The notes beneath the pieces are model-generated. The model searched no databases, had not been told where the DNA came from, and saw nothing but the letters and a program-made list of their open reading frames with translations. A DNA stretch of 64,000 nt from Phoronis australis (Eukaryota > Animalia > Phoronida). The DNA lies in contig NMRA01000722.1 in NCBI GenBank assembly GCA_002633005.1, positions 62,001 through 126,000 of the forward strand, given 5' to 3'. Below are positions 1-12,290 of the stretch, in pieces (position 1 is the stretch's first letter; the number at the start of each line of letters is the position of its first letter). Made by a program: the position numbers and the translations under genes.

Positions 1-1933
1 TTTTATTTGACTGGGTCCAAACTGTCAACATGACGTCATACCAAGCAAGCGAATTCAAAACTGACACTCTCATGCAATACAGACGTGCAGTGTTTACACA
101 CGTAAGCGTGATGTATTACAACTCAGTGAGCTTCTATTTTATTCGACTGGTTGCCTGCGCAACCATGTGCAGAGTCACAACACTATGACATAATGTGGGC
201 ATATACCTGTACCTGTAACACCTCAAAGACCGTCTTTATATGTGATTCACACTGTAATTCGGTGTGTATTCCGTAGAGATCAAAAAATCGTCATGCATTA
301 CCAGCGAAAGTCGTGATCACTTTAGCTATACTAGCGAGTGTCTCGTACCCAATAACACCCAGTTTTGGTACTGACTGAACGTAGGCTACAGTTTCACCAC
401 TTGGTACACCTTGGCCGTTTATCCAGACCCTACGGAAATTATATCGAGAGGTAACCTCGACGAAAATGAAAAATTTGAAGATGTGGAACTAAAAACGGCA
501 AATCCAAAAACGCCGGTGAAAATGAATAAGAGTATGTCGGTATTTAAAAATTAGATGCAAAAATCAAGCAGGATATATTCTGATATCGGCATGACTGTTG
601 TATTCTCGTCTGAAAATATATTTCAAACCCAGAAGTTATCTGTTTAAATTTCTGTATTGGCTAGTTCTGTTGCGAATTGCATAGCGAAAGTCAGACATCA
701 GCGGCAACTGATGTATTTGATCAGCCTCAACCCAAGGCCGCGGCGGTCTCGGCTTCGGTAAAGCTAGTGGAAAGACAAGGCGGCGAGTAGCTGAATATTT
801 TAAGCAAACCTAACTGAAGTCTATCCCAGCAATACCAAAAAAATGTTCATTTTCGAACCTCGGAACCCCGTGGTATCCTTTGAACCTTTCAATAGGAAAG
901 AAAGCGGATTCCGGCCACTTCTGGCAGGACTTAGATTCCAAAAACTAAGACAAAGCTTTCCGAAGGAGGATCTACCTAGGAACAGTCACGGCATAGAGTG
1001 TACGTCCCGAGGGTAGCCTATGCTGGCTCCCGGAGCGCAATTTCAATTCAATATCAATGTAACCACAAAAACATAGATTTGACAACTATATCCAGGTACG
1101 TACCTGGAACGTGGACGAGTCGTCCACTCCCAATGGACTAGATAGCCGTTGGTCACACAAAATGAGAACTACTAATGATATCTTCCCTATACAAATGTAA
1201 CCCGCGCTATCGCGCTAGTCACGCACAGCCATCCCGACTAAGGAACTCGTAACATGGTGCTCAATTTTTGGTGGGACTCTTTCGAAAATCCCGGCTCGCG
1301 GTATATCCTAACGAATGGGACTTTTTGCCACATTTGTTTTGGTAATATTTCACACATAGACGTATGCGCCTTAGATTCACATAGCGCACAGACTGCTCAT
1401 TAAATGGTTATAGTTTCTGCGTACTGGCCATTCTCAATGTTTTTCATTTATTAATTAAATTGAACACAGATCAACCTGGAACATTGATACCGCACAAGTC
1501 CAGCTGTAATAGTTTGCTCCTTAGTACTCAAGTGATTTAGATACAATGCACTCGCACGGGACCAATTCAGCGGGCAGGCGCACTGAGCTGAGATGCTAGT
1601 ATACTATTATAATACCTATCCTCGCAGTCGCAAACGATAAAATCAGAAACTGAAAAATGGACCGTCTCTGTTCTGGTACTACTTAGCAAACTTGAGCAAG
1701 TTTGTTCAAGCTTGTTGATGGGGCACCATCATTTTTCTTCATCTTTGAATTTCCATGTTCCCTTGCTTGGTAAATTTGAACAGTATTACTCCACAAAAGG
1801 GTTTTCAGAAATCTAAATCTAAGTTTTTCAAGCTTATCGAATTTAGTGTTGTAGTAAAGTAAAAAATATTATAGTTTCACTACTTATAAAGCATCTTTGG
1901 TACAGTTAACAATTTCCCTAAGTTGAAGGGATG

Positions 1934-1988
1934 GGGTATTGCCTGAGTGACAGGGTAGTGCCTGAGTGACAGGGTATTGCCTGAGTAG
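1934..1988. repeat. 19-bp tandem repeat, ~3 copies (GGGTATTGCCTGAGTGACA)
   Basis: Directly visible repeat. Confidence 0.8.
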
Positions 1989-2228
1989 TACAGTATGCAG
2001 CAAATGAGTCATTCAGGATCAATTTCCCAAGGTGTCTTTCTAATCTAATTCTCCACAAAAATAATTTTGGCTGACTTAGAAACTCTACAAAAGGTGCCAC
2101 CTTTTTACTACAAAAAGAATTAGAATGCAATGTGTCTATATTTAAGCTTTGATTGAAAAGATGTTTATTTTTGACCAATTGGCAACTTAGGTATACTGTT
2201 TTAGGCTTAAAGAGATGATGAAGAGACA

Positions 2229-2362
2229 TCTGTCTGATACTATATCAGCTGTCTGATACTATATCAGATGTCTGATACTATATAAGCTGTCTGATACTTT
2301 ATCAGCTGTCTCATACTATATCAGCTGTCTGATACTATATCAACTGTCTGATACTATATCAG
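2229..2362. repeat. 19-bp minisatellite, ~7 copies (TGTCTGATACTATATCAGC), internally palindromic
   Basis: Directly visible; each unit contains the CTGATA..TATCAG inverted pair. Confidence 0.9.
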
Positions 2363-3842
2363 TTATCCTAAAAAGAGTCAATGAAGGGTCAGGTTATAAT
2401 GTTTAAGGAATTAACTTCCAACAAAAGACACCAGGACTTCTCGAAAAAACTCAATGAAAGGGTGACTTTTTACAGAAATTCCTACATCTACTACTGGGTT
2501 CCTATTTTCGAGTCTACTCAGAATGGATGTGACCTGTTAAACCTCAGCTAAACATATAAATGAACACCAATATATAGAGAATTTGACCAAGAATCATGCC
2601 AGTAAACCTATTGAAATATGTCGGAAGTGTTCTGTTCTTGTTGTGACTGAGTCATGTAGGGGACACCTGCAGACCTAATCAGAGGCTCCTGGGCTACTTT
2701 GTGTAAGGTTATCTACAAGACAGTGACCTGACACCAAAGTCGACCTTAACATTGGAAATAACAAGAAAATAAACAAGCCATCTGGCTTATTTTGTGAGGA
2801 CACACAACCAGTTTAGAAATAGGTATAATGTTACTCTTTGTAATCACTTACAATAACATATAGTTCAAGGCATTGTAGAAAAAATAAGCACATCTGATTA
2901 AAGACAACAAACTTCACTTTTCAAGTCAATACAAAAAGCCCCTTGAATAAATTTACTCCTTGCCAACAATATTCCAAAAAACTTTCAATACACTTAGTAC
3001 TATTTATGTTATACAACTATTTTATTGACACCGCATTATAGTGTATTACAATACCGCATTACAGTGTATTACAATACTGTGAAATCTTATCACTTTCACA
3101 CTAAAACAGTTTCCAAAACTGATAATTTTTATCTTTTAGTCTTTTAACAAGATTTCTGTGAATGGCCACAATATTTCAATCCAAAAACTGTCTAATGATA
3201 ACAATGGGTGTTGTGTTGGGCTTTAGAACTTAAAGAAGCATGGAACGCGAAAGGTCATAAAAATCTTTCAAACAATTCCTGACAAAAGTACGATCTCCCA
3301 ATGTCTAGTATAGAGTAATTCACTTTCCCCTGCGACAAAAATTCATGATTTTTGAAACACTCCATAAACAACCTACATAATGCCTTTATGCTGTTAAATG
3401 CACATCTTTACGTCAGAGTTAACTCGCGCTGTTAACTTTGATTTGAGACCGAAGTTAAGTGTTCCCATTGACCAAAGCTTCTGCAACACCGAAGCTTTGG
3501 AACCAGTGGGCTTTAAAGGCCTTCAAGTGGTTGTTTTGTTTACTGAAACCCTTAGTAAGTACAGACAGGTTAGATCTTATCAATATTGAGATTTACAAGC
3601 CATGGTGGGTTTGAACACCTAACCATCTCACACAGATTGTGTGATAGGCCTCTCATGGGGCTTTATTGGTAATGGACACCTGAAGTTAAATGGATTTAGA
3701 ACTGAGTGACCTTAAAATACCAAATAACAATATGCCAAATAGCTAAATACTAAATAACAAAATACAAAATACAAATAACAAAATACGAAATAATAAGGTA
3801 CATTACACTACTGTAACAGGAAGTTTCACCCACTGTATATGT

Positions 3843-4040
3843 TCAAGACATAATGACATATAACAAGATCCAAGTTTGGTTTAAGGCCATCACCAGAGAA
3901 CATGGCTTCTTAATCCTACTGTCAATGTGCACTCCAGTGTTCAGTCTTACACAAGTCTTGTCCTGCATCACCACTCCTAAATCTAATTGTCTACCACAAT
4001 TCAAAGATTTACTAAAACCAAATAGTGTGTCATTCACTGT
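3843..4040 (-). pseudogene. Possible degraded LINE ORF2 fragment
   Basis: ORF contains DLGVVMQDK...HIDSRIKK, resembling the DLGV..D...HI...KK segment C-terminal to the RT domain of CR1/L2-type LINEs; short and weak. Confidence 0.25.
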
Positions 4041-4132
4041 TAAGTCCTGGCTGATGATCTACTTCACACAAAAGGAACTTAGATTATTGTTTGTGATATC
4101 AGTTAAGGACCCTGTTGTTGTACAAATGTATT

Positions 4133-5606
4133 CATGTGGAGAATTTCTCACTTACACTGGTCACAGCTCTGATTCCCTAAGCACCAGACAACTTTTATGA
4201 TGTCTGCTAAGCAGGCACTTTGTATTGATGTGGATCTGAGCTAATGAAGTGGAAAGGTAATAGCTAGCACTACTTTCTTAACAAGGTTGGTTGTTATTAC
4301 ACCCAAATTGTTTTTCTCTGACATTTGCACAGAGTTAAAGCCTGCAATGTGGAGAGCAGATTTAACTTGGTACATTTTAAATATTACAAAAAGACTAAAA
4401 AGTAAATTTGCGTTATCTTGACAAAGGGCCAATTCCCAAAGGAACATTGGTTTTAAATATGTTTTATACCTGTTTTCATTACTTTATTTTCATACTCCTG
4501 TCTACTTGTTTTTTTTCTTACCGGTAAGGGTTGTTATCTTTTTATTTTGTGTTTAAATAAAATCTCAAAACAACTTAGAAGTTAGTTAATTGTGAACCCA
4601 TCCCTGAATTTTCCAGATAACAACTACACCCGCCAAACATGTCAGAAAACAAAACTACATATGCCATTAGTTCAAGTTCAATCTTTATTAGAACTCAAAT
4701 CATAAAATATATTCAAAAATGCAAATATGGTAATCGCCAAACTGAAGATTTGGAACCTCTGGACAATTTTGGCTACAGTAACTACTATTCTAGCTTTTCC
4801 TCAGTCATAAAAAATGAAATCACAGCTCTTGCCCAACGACCAACCTCATCCATTGCTTGCACTCTCTCGTTGACTATGCAAAGCTAGCCATCTTAGTTGT
4901 CTTCACGGGTGTTCCATTACAACTACAAGCAAACTATCGAAATATTGGCACATGTTCGCCAATAGCAGTTTTTCGGTTAGTGTACTCACGGGTGAGAAAC
5001 AACATGACCGCCGGTCCTCTAAATTGGACCGACTCACCCTGGAGTAAAGTAGTTTGACATGCACTGGGCCATGTTTTAAAAGTTATTGACATCTAATTTA
5101 GTCACTATGTGTTGTTTATGTATGTTTCAATGTAGCTTCAAGCTAAGAAAGTTGTATATTAAAAGAATAATCCACGGGATATTGTTAACTCTGACCAGCA
5201 TTTGTAAATCACCGAGTATATCAATATGCACAGTCGTTTATCTTCAATCGTACCAAATGTTTGTAGTTTATAGCTTAATAGTTCATCGATTTTCAAAAAT
5301 CGAAAACTAAACTAGGTTGTTTTTTCCATCTCAGTGAATACAGCTGTGGTGTTTTTAATGAAAACTGTTGGTTAATGCATTTTGAAAATTCGCCAGTATG
5401 TACAGGCACAGATACTACAGTTTATGGTTGGGTAATTACACTTAATTGGGTCCTGCTCGTAACAGACAATGCGGTCATCGCAACTGAGTCCGACTCTGGC
5501 ACCACGCTCTCTTTGATCCCGGTCTGCTCCGAAAGACAAGCAATGAAAAGTCATGCATATCTTTAGAAATGCGTGACTTTCGTGTAAGCATATTATTCAC
5601 AGCATG
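4133..5606 (+). mobile_element. Interspersed repeat, copy A (inverted partner at 13763-14582)
   Basis: 4133-4906 and 5557-5606 match the reverse complement of 13763-14582; no coding capacity seen. Confidence 0.75.
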
Positions 5607-6355
5607 TAATACATTACATGGTGCAGTGAAACAGGTTAATTTCTAATGATGGAATCTGATGCGTTTTTTTTGCAAAAATAGCACTAAATTAGTATTGTAA
5701 TAATGTTATAGATAGACTAAGTAATGGTTTCATATGGTATATTATACTAACAAGGCAATCAAACCTTAGTTCTCCAGTTGATAGCTACTGACACTCAACC
5801 TCTTAACAAGGTACTAGTATAGACTACACAATGTCTGTAATAAATAACAACCCTACTACAGCTTATAAGACTAAAACACTCAGAGGCAAAACCACACAGC
5901 AATTGAAGTTTAATGCACCATTCACATAGTGATATAATTGGAAGAGGTCCAAGTATCCAGTTTTACAAGTCCTCTGCTAGTCTTCACTCATTTTATCAGG
6001 CTTGTACAACTCTTCACAACATTGTCCTGACAAACTGTTCATCACGCATGGCTTCCTGGCATTAGGAGGACACAATAGTTATAGGTGGCTCCACAAACAT
6101 AGTGGGTACTGTGTTTGGGAAAGCACTAGGCAACAGTCCAGATATTATCAACTGGCAGGTTTCTATTCATTGATTATGATCTCTCATGTTGCACCAAGAT
6201 CCTTAAATGACTGGCATCTCCACCACTCCAGTGCTGATTTTGATTGGTCACCTGTCAATCCACCCTGGGTATTTCGCTTATTCAGACAGCCTGTCAATGC
6301 AAAAGGAAAAATCAGTATTTACTGCCATTACCCACACTCAACTCTGGACATTTAA

Positions 6356-6629
6356 AGCTGTATTTTGCCCTGTTTAGCCGGCTAAAAAATAAGAAATTGA
6401 CTTAGGTATTTTACTCTCATGAACTTGGTCTTGTAACATTCAGGACAAGAATCTCATTTCTGTAATCACCAAAGACTCCATCAAAATCATCAGCCCCAGA
6501 AGATGCTCCAAGTTTATTGGACCTGGAAATAGAATTCTGTTACCATAAGGAATATTATGAGACTAATCTCATCACAGTAAAAGGCCTCGATTTTTGTTTT
6601 TAGTCAGCTAAACAGGGTAAAATACACCT
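6356..6629. mobile_element. MITE with TTAA target duplication (Kolobok-like)
   Basis: TTAA at 6352-55 and 6630-33; ~33-bp TIR AGCTGTATTTTGCCCTGTTTAGCCGGCTAAAAA / TTTTTAGTCAGCTAAACAGGGTAAAATACACCT. Confidence 0.8.
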
Positions 6630-6801
6630 TTAAATATTTACATCCAAAATATTTGTCTTGGAAAGTTTGAGAAGAATCAAACTGTGTTTGCATGTGAGGT
6701 CCAAAATGTTTATCTTTCCTTCTGTGACTGACTGTAAAGTATGTAACTATGTGAGTCAAAACATCTCATTTAAAAATTTACAATAAATATTTAACAAAAT
6801 A

Positions 6802-8104
6802 AACAAGAGCAACGCGTAGGGTTGAAATGCACCCACGAATGCATCGCAAATGGTGTGATTTTAGGGTGGTTTATTTGTATCATTAAAATAGCCACTAGAT
6901 GGTGCAAAATACGTCTGAAAACCAAAAAAATGTCATCATTTCCGTAAAACAAAGGCATTTACCAACTTTAATTAAAATTCGCCAAGAAATTTCAGAGAAA
7001 CAGAGGAAAAAAATTGCCACTAGGGGGCACAATGTTCATTGAATCCGTCTAAAAGTCGACATCTTCTCTTATTAACTTCATATAAATTCACGTGCTAAAT
7101 TTAATAAAGATCCTGCAGAGGGCTTACGAGATATAGGTATGGGTGCAAAAAACAAAACCGCCACTAGGAGGCACCACAGTCATCAGAAATCATCGTCAAC
7201 CGTCCCCTTCATAGAAAGTACATACATGCCAACTTTCACAATCATCCTTAGAGTTGTCTGGTTGACAGAGGGACGAACGCCACAAAACAGACTCAAAAAC
7301 AACAAAAATGGCCACTAGGTGGCGCAAAAAACCTTGAATCAATCCAAAGATGAATGGCTAGCGTCACCTCACTAATGGATGTCTATGCCAAATTTTGTGG
7401 AAATCCGTTGAGTACCTTTGAAGATACAGCGATAAACATAAAAAATAAAACTGCCACTAGGTGGCACACCGGTAGACTGATCTGTCTGTCGTCGTTGTCT
7501 GTTGTCAACTTCATATAAAGACATTTGCTAAGTTTAATAACAATCCTGTAGAGCATTTAGGAGATACAGCCATGGGCGCAAAAACAAACAAAACTGCCAC
7601 TAGATGGCGTCACAGTAGTTGAAGTCATCGGAAAATCATCGTCAACTGTCTTATTCATAGTAAGACCATACATGCTAATTTTCACAATCATCCTTAGAGT
7701 GGTTTGGTTGTTAGAGGGGCCGACGCCAAAAAAAACAATTCGAAAATAGTAAAAATGGCCACTGGATGGCGCAAAATCCATCAAAACAATCCGAAAACGG
7801 GAGGATAGCATCAACTTAATTATAGATGCCTGTGTACCAAAGTTCATGAAAATCTGTTGAAGACCTTTGAAGATACAGAGGCAATCGTAAAAAAATAAAA
7901 TTGCCACTAGGGGGCACAGCGGTATTCGAGTCGGTCCGAATCTAGTCACCCTCTGTTGTAGACCCCATAGAAACCCACCTCCCAAATTTCAATACGATCC
8001 TGCAAGGGGTTTAGGAGATAAAGCCACGCACGCCAGGCGCCCGGACGCCCAGACAGAGATGACGACAATATGCCACCACATATAAATATGTGGGCGCATA
8101 ATAA
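6802..8104. mobile_element. Helentron-associated (HINE-type) non-autonomous element with internal ~125-160 bp repeats
   Basis: AACAAGAG...CATAATAA ends; subterminal IR ATGCACCCAC/GTGGGCGCAT; hairpin CCACATAT-AA-ATATGTGG at 8076-8093; short GACG/GACA-type repeat; second copy at 34639-35908. Confidence 0.7.
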
Positions 8105-8789
8105 ACACTAAAGCAATTAAAATGAGCACACTTGACTATCAGAAGTGGTACAACAAATGAGCACACATGACTAGACATGGTACAACAAATGCTCTTCCAA
8201 TTTAGCAAGTAATATGGTAAACACAAACATTTCATTATGTGAAATAAAGTTGAGAAAAACTACCATCATTAGCATGATTTGTACCAAGCAGTATCATAAA
8301 AGAAAACTTTTGTTATTTTTTTGAATTTTAACAATGCAATCAGGCAACTTTGGTGAACATTTTGTATGAAATTCACTACAAGTTACCAGACTTACATTTC
8401 CACACCCTCTGAGACAGTGATTTTCTCAAACCGCTCTGAGGTGGTGGTAGTGTGTTACAACTATTATTACAATTTCTTGGTCTATTTAATCAAAAATCAC
8501 ACCATGATGAGTGTACCACATATCCGTGATCTTTCTTCTAAGAACGCAGGGACACCTGACAATGTCCAGAGAACAGACTGACTGAAATGTCGTGACAATG
8601 TAAATACACAAGAGGTCGGTGTAAATAGGCCAACAGGTTTTAATAATAGCCTCTGAGATAGGTTGGTAGGCAGGTAAAATCTCACAATTCTTGTCTGAAT
8701 TCTGGTCAGATTTTACTATAGATAACAAAAATACTATTAAATATCATTCTTTAAATCTTTGGTATTTCAAACAGCCATAAAAATGTTTT

Positions 8790-9120
8790 TTATAAGAAAT
8801 AAGCTGCCTGAAGTCAGGTTTTTCAAGAGTTGCGCCCCACAAAATGAATAAACAACTGGAAATTTATATCGAACGGAATTTGGTCATGTTCCTTCTTGAG
8901 ACTATTTCTATGATTGTACATTTTCTTTTCGCTACTAAAGACATGGTCATGTGACTCTATAAAAACGCAGATTGGTATAAACTCAAAAACCAAATGTTAT
9001 AGGATTTCTAGTTTCTGAAATATGTGCTTTCTTGTGACAAAATTCTAGTTTTGTAAACATTTAGTAAAAACCACAAACTTATCAATAAGGTTTTACATAA
9101 CCATATATATAAGTTTTAAC
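8790..9120 (+). repeat. Dispersed repeat family (related copies ~38290-38560 and ~47700-48060)
   Basis: Shared core ACATGGTCA(C/T)(A/G)TGAC...ATTGGTA; boundaries approximate. Confidence 0.5.
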
Positions 9121-9131
9121 TTAAAGACTAT

Positions 9132-9199
9132 ACAGTTGAAATAACAAAAATCCAGACTATTAAAATAGTCTGGATTTTTGTTCCCGGTATTTCAACTGT
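9132..9199. repeat. Short palindrome, possible collapsed MITE
   Basis: Perfect 19-bp stem AACAAAAATCCAGACTATT-AA-AATAGTCTGGATTTTTGTT plus outer 12-bp IR ACAGTTGAAATA/TATTTCAACTGT. Confidence 0.8.
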
Positions 9200-9691
9200 T
9201 ATGGGCCAACCATATTGTCCCAGACTTAATCAATGTAAGAAAACATGATTTAATCTGACTCAAATGTAGGCTCGTGAAATGAAAACTTACAAAACTGATG
9301 CTAACACTGGTTGTGAACAGAACATCATGTCAGGATTCTCACTGGATGCAGACGAATGTATGTCAATAAGCCTAACCGCTCATTATGTTTGAAATTTATG
9401 GCTTTGGTGTACTCCAAGTGATGATCAAAACATATTGTAGAAGTCAAAGTCATGTGTTTCCATTCACACAATATGGCTGACAAATGAAATTCCATTTTGT
9501 CAAATGTTTTCCACAAAAATCAAAATAAAGATAATTTAGTCCAATACTAATATGGTTTGTAGTGTGTATGTGTCATAAAACAAAATTTAGAAAAGTTTCC
9601 AATGTTTGTACGAAAGTGACCGACTTTCGCAAAAATGACTTATGGCAACTATTTTTGTGCAAAATTAGTGGAGAGTTACTGTAGGCTTTAA

Positions 9692-9826
9692 ATAGTGGGG
9701 CACTAGGTAAAGTGGAGCACTCAAAGTGGGGTGCAAGGTAAAGTGGGGTGCTAGGTAAAGTGGGGCGCTAGGTAAACTGGGGCGCTAGGTAGTGGGGCGT
9801 TAGGTAAAGTGGGGCGCTAAGTAAAG
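9692..9826. repeat. 17-bp G-rich minisatellite, ~8 copies (AAAGTGGGGCGCTAGGT)
   Basis: Directly visible. Confidence 0.85.
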
Positions 9827-10647
9827 CAGAACACCTGCTTAGAATGCTGTGTATCATCTGAACTGAGTTTGACTGACCACAAACATGTCCACAGGAACTA
9901 ACAAAAACCTCAGAAGACAGACAACTCATCTTGACACTGGAGATGACCTCAAGCCACAATCTGTTATAAAACACTCAACCTCCAAGAACTGTTAATGGGA
10001 TTTCTGGTTCAAAAGGTGTCAGTGAGAATGTTACCAGATTGAAGAGCTTAGCACAGTGCAGCAAAACCATTGGTAATGTTGTTTAAAAGTGATGAATCTG
10101 TGTCCTGGAAATCTACTAAAAATCAGTTCAATGCCACAATAAACCATTCTCTGATGTTAAAAACATTTTTTTACAGGAATTTGATCTTCCATAGCAAGGT
10201 CACCATGTTCTTATCCTCTGCTTCACTTGAAATTGCTTGCAATAAAACGATAGAATTCTCCGACTGAGTCATACTTTTTGGTGGCTGAAATCAGGGTAAT
10301 CATGAAATACTTGTTTACAGTTACTGTATAAAGCCAGTGTACTGGTTAGTGTATAACGTCAGGAAGTGACATGGGCGGCACAGCACTGAAAAATGTGGGG
10401 GCTAAAGCCCCCTCAGCCCCCCCTGTGGTGCACCGCCTGTAGACCATGTGCAGCATATCACTGAAAAAAGTAAGCGCTTCCCACTTAAAAAGGGACTTTC
10501 CCATTTTGTAATATTACATTTCAGATAAATATCAACATTTTGTCTTTAAATTTGGTTTGTAAACGACCATGACCCCCTCCTTAATGCATTTCATGTTCTA
10601 CTTTTGAAAAATGTCATTTAGTCTTCCGTAAATTAGTCATTGAAATT

Positions 10648-12290
10648 TGCTTGCGTAATATTACGCAAGTCAGGCATAATATTACGCACCACTGCTTAAT
10701 ATTACACACGGGTACGTAATATTACACACTGATGTGTAATCTTACGCATTTTTGTGTAATCTTACGCACTGATGTGTAATATCAAGCAAGAATGAAATTT
10801 GCCGCATGGTGACTTGGGATATCTGAAATGCCGCATTTATTCGAATTTTGTGGTAACGCTAGCGCTTGACAGTATGTTGCTTGTAGTTTGTAAGACGATT
10901 TGTTGGATGTTTTTTTTTTTGATCCATTATGTTTTGTTGGTTTTGTTATGTTAAGTTAAAACATGTTCTAGCTACGCAGGATGTACAGTTGAGACACCAC
11001 GGGTCACAACAGCTTCGCTTAAATATACCATATGATGGCGGAAGCGGGGTGAGGGTTAAATTCTGGCGAAGCTCAAATGATTGAAAGCCTGTGGCTTAAA
11101 ATGTAGCGATTGCGAAGGCTAGCTCCCGTAAACACGCTGTATTATTGTTTCACTCTTTTGAACCTTCTGTCGTGCTCTGATGCTTGATATTACGGCCGCT
11201 TGATATTACGCGCGGGTGCTTAGATACGCTCCTCTCGGGCGATTTTCCCTATCCGGCACTTGTGAAGGCTAACTTCAATAAACAAGCTGTTTCACTCTTT
11301 TGATCCTTCCGTCGTGTTCCGAGGTATGATATTACGGACGCTTGATATTACGGACGCTTGATATTACGCACGGGTGCGATAGGCCTCCGTCGCTCGGTTG
11401 ATTTTCCCCTGTGCGTCGTCATAGTGCTGGAGTACGGGTTGATTTTTACTGGGCGCGGGCACGCTTTTTTGAAAACCGTGCCCTTCCCACGAACAATTTA
11501 AACAGCGCCCAGGGGTCGTTGTCTCGCACAAGTACGACTATTAAAATGGGCAAGTGTGGACTTTGTGTCTGCCATCAACTTGAAGGTCCTAAAACCTAAT
11601 ATCAGAAGTTAAAATATGGCCATTACTTCTGGCTGCACAATGCACAGTAACTCAGATTTTTCATACTTTGGTGAAAGTTTGTAGCGTAATCATATTACGG
11701 TCGCTAATTTACGCACGAGCGTTTACAGGCCTCGCACGGGCGATTCCCCTTGAGCGGTCGTATACAGATGGAGTTCAGGTAGATAATTTTCACAGAGTTT
11801 TAGCTCCTATTTTTGGTAATTCCGTTCCCAGCGATAGCGAAGATGATTCCAACCTATTCAAATCAAACTTTGCGGCAGTGTCCGTGTCAAACAACCGTTC
11901 AACTTAAAGTTCAAATGTGAGCTGTATGCATTGCCACCAACTTACATGAACTAAAACCTAATGCAGAAGCTAAAATTTGCCCATTACTCTTGGCTGCAGC
12001 ATGCACAGTAAGCCATCACTCCGGCGGTGGAGCTTTGCGTAATATTACGGTCGTTTGATATTAGGAAGGGGTGCTTGTATAGGCCTTAGTTGCACGGGCG
12101 ATTTTTTCATCATACATGATGTAACGCATAAATGCTGGATATTACCTACGGGTCTCTAAGGTTACACGCTCGTATGCCTCAGTTGCACGCCACCAGACGG
12201 TTTTTTTTCATCATACATGACTACTTTATCGTACTAGCAGATGCGTAATCTTAGATGTTGATGTGCAATCTTACGCATTTTTGCGTAGTC
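10648..12290. mobile_element. Complex repeat element rich in TAATATTACGC motifs, with internal direct repeats
   Basis: ~20-bp tandem array at 10650-10790; internal duplications ~11140-11260/11285-11410 and ~11570-11745/11930-12105; family unassigned. Confidence 0.55.

Noticed and set aside
2229-2362. Palindromic repeats resembling a CRISPR array
   Set aside because: Units are contiguous with no unique spacers, the context is eukaryotic, and no cas genes are present; the same applies to the other arrays
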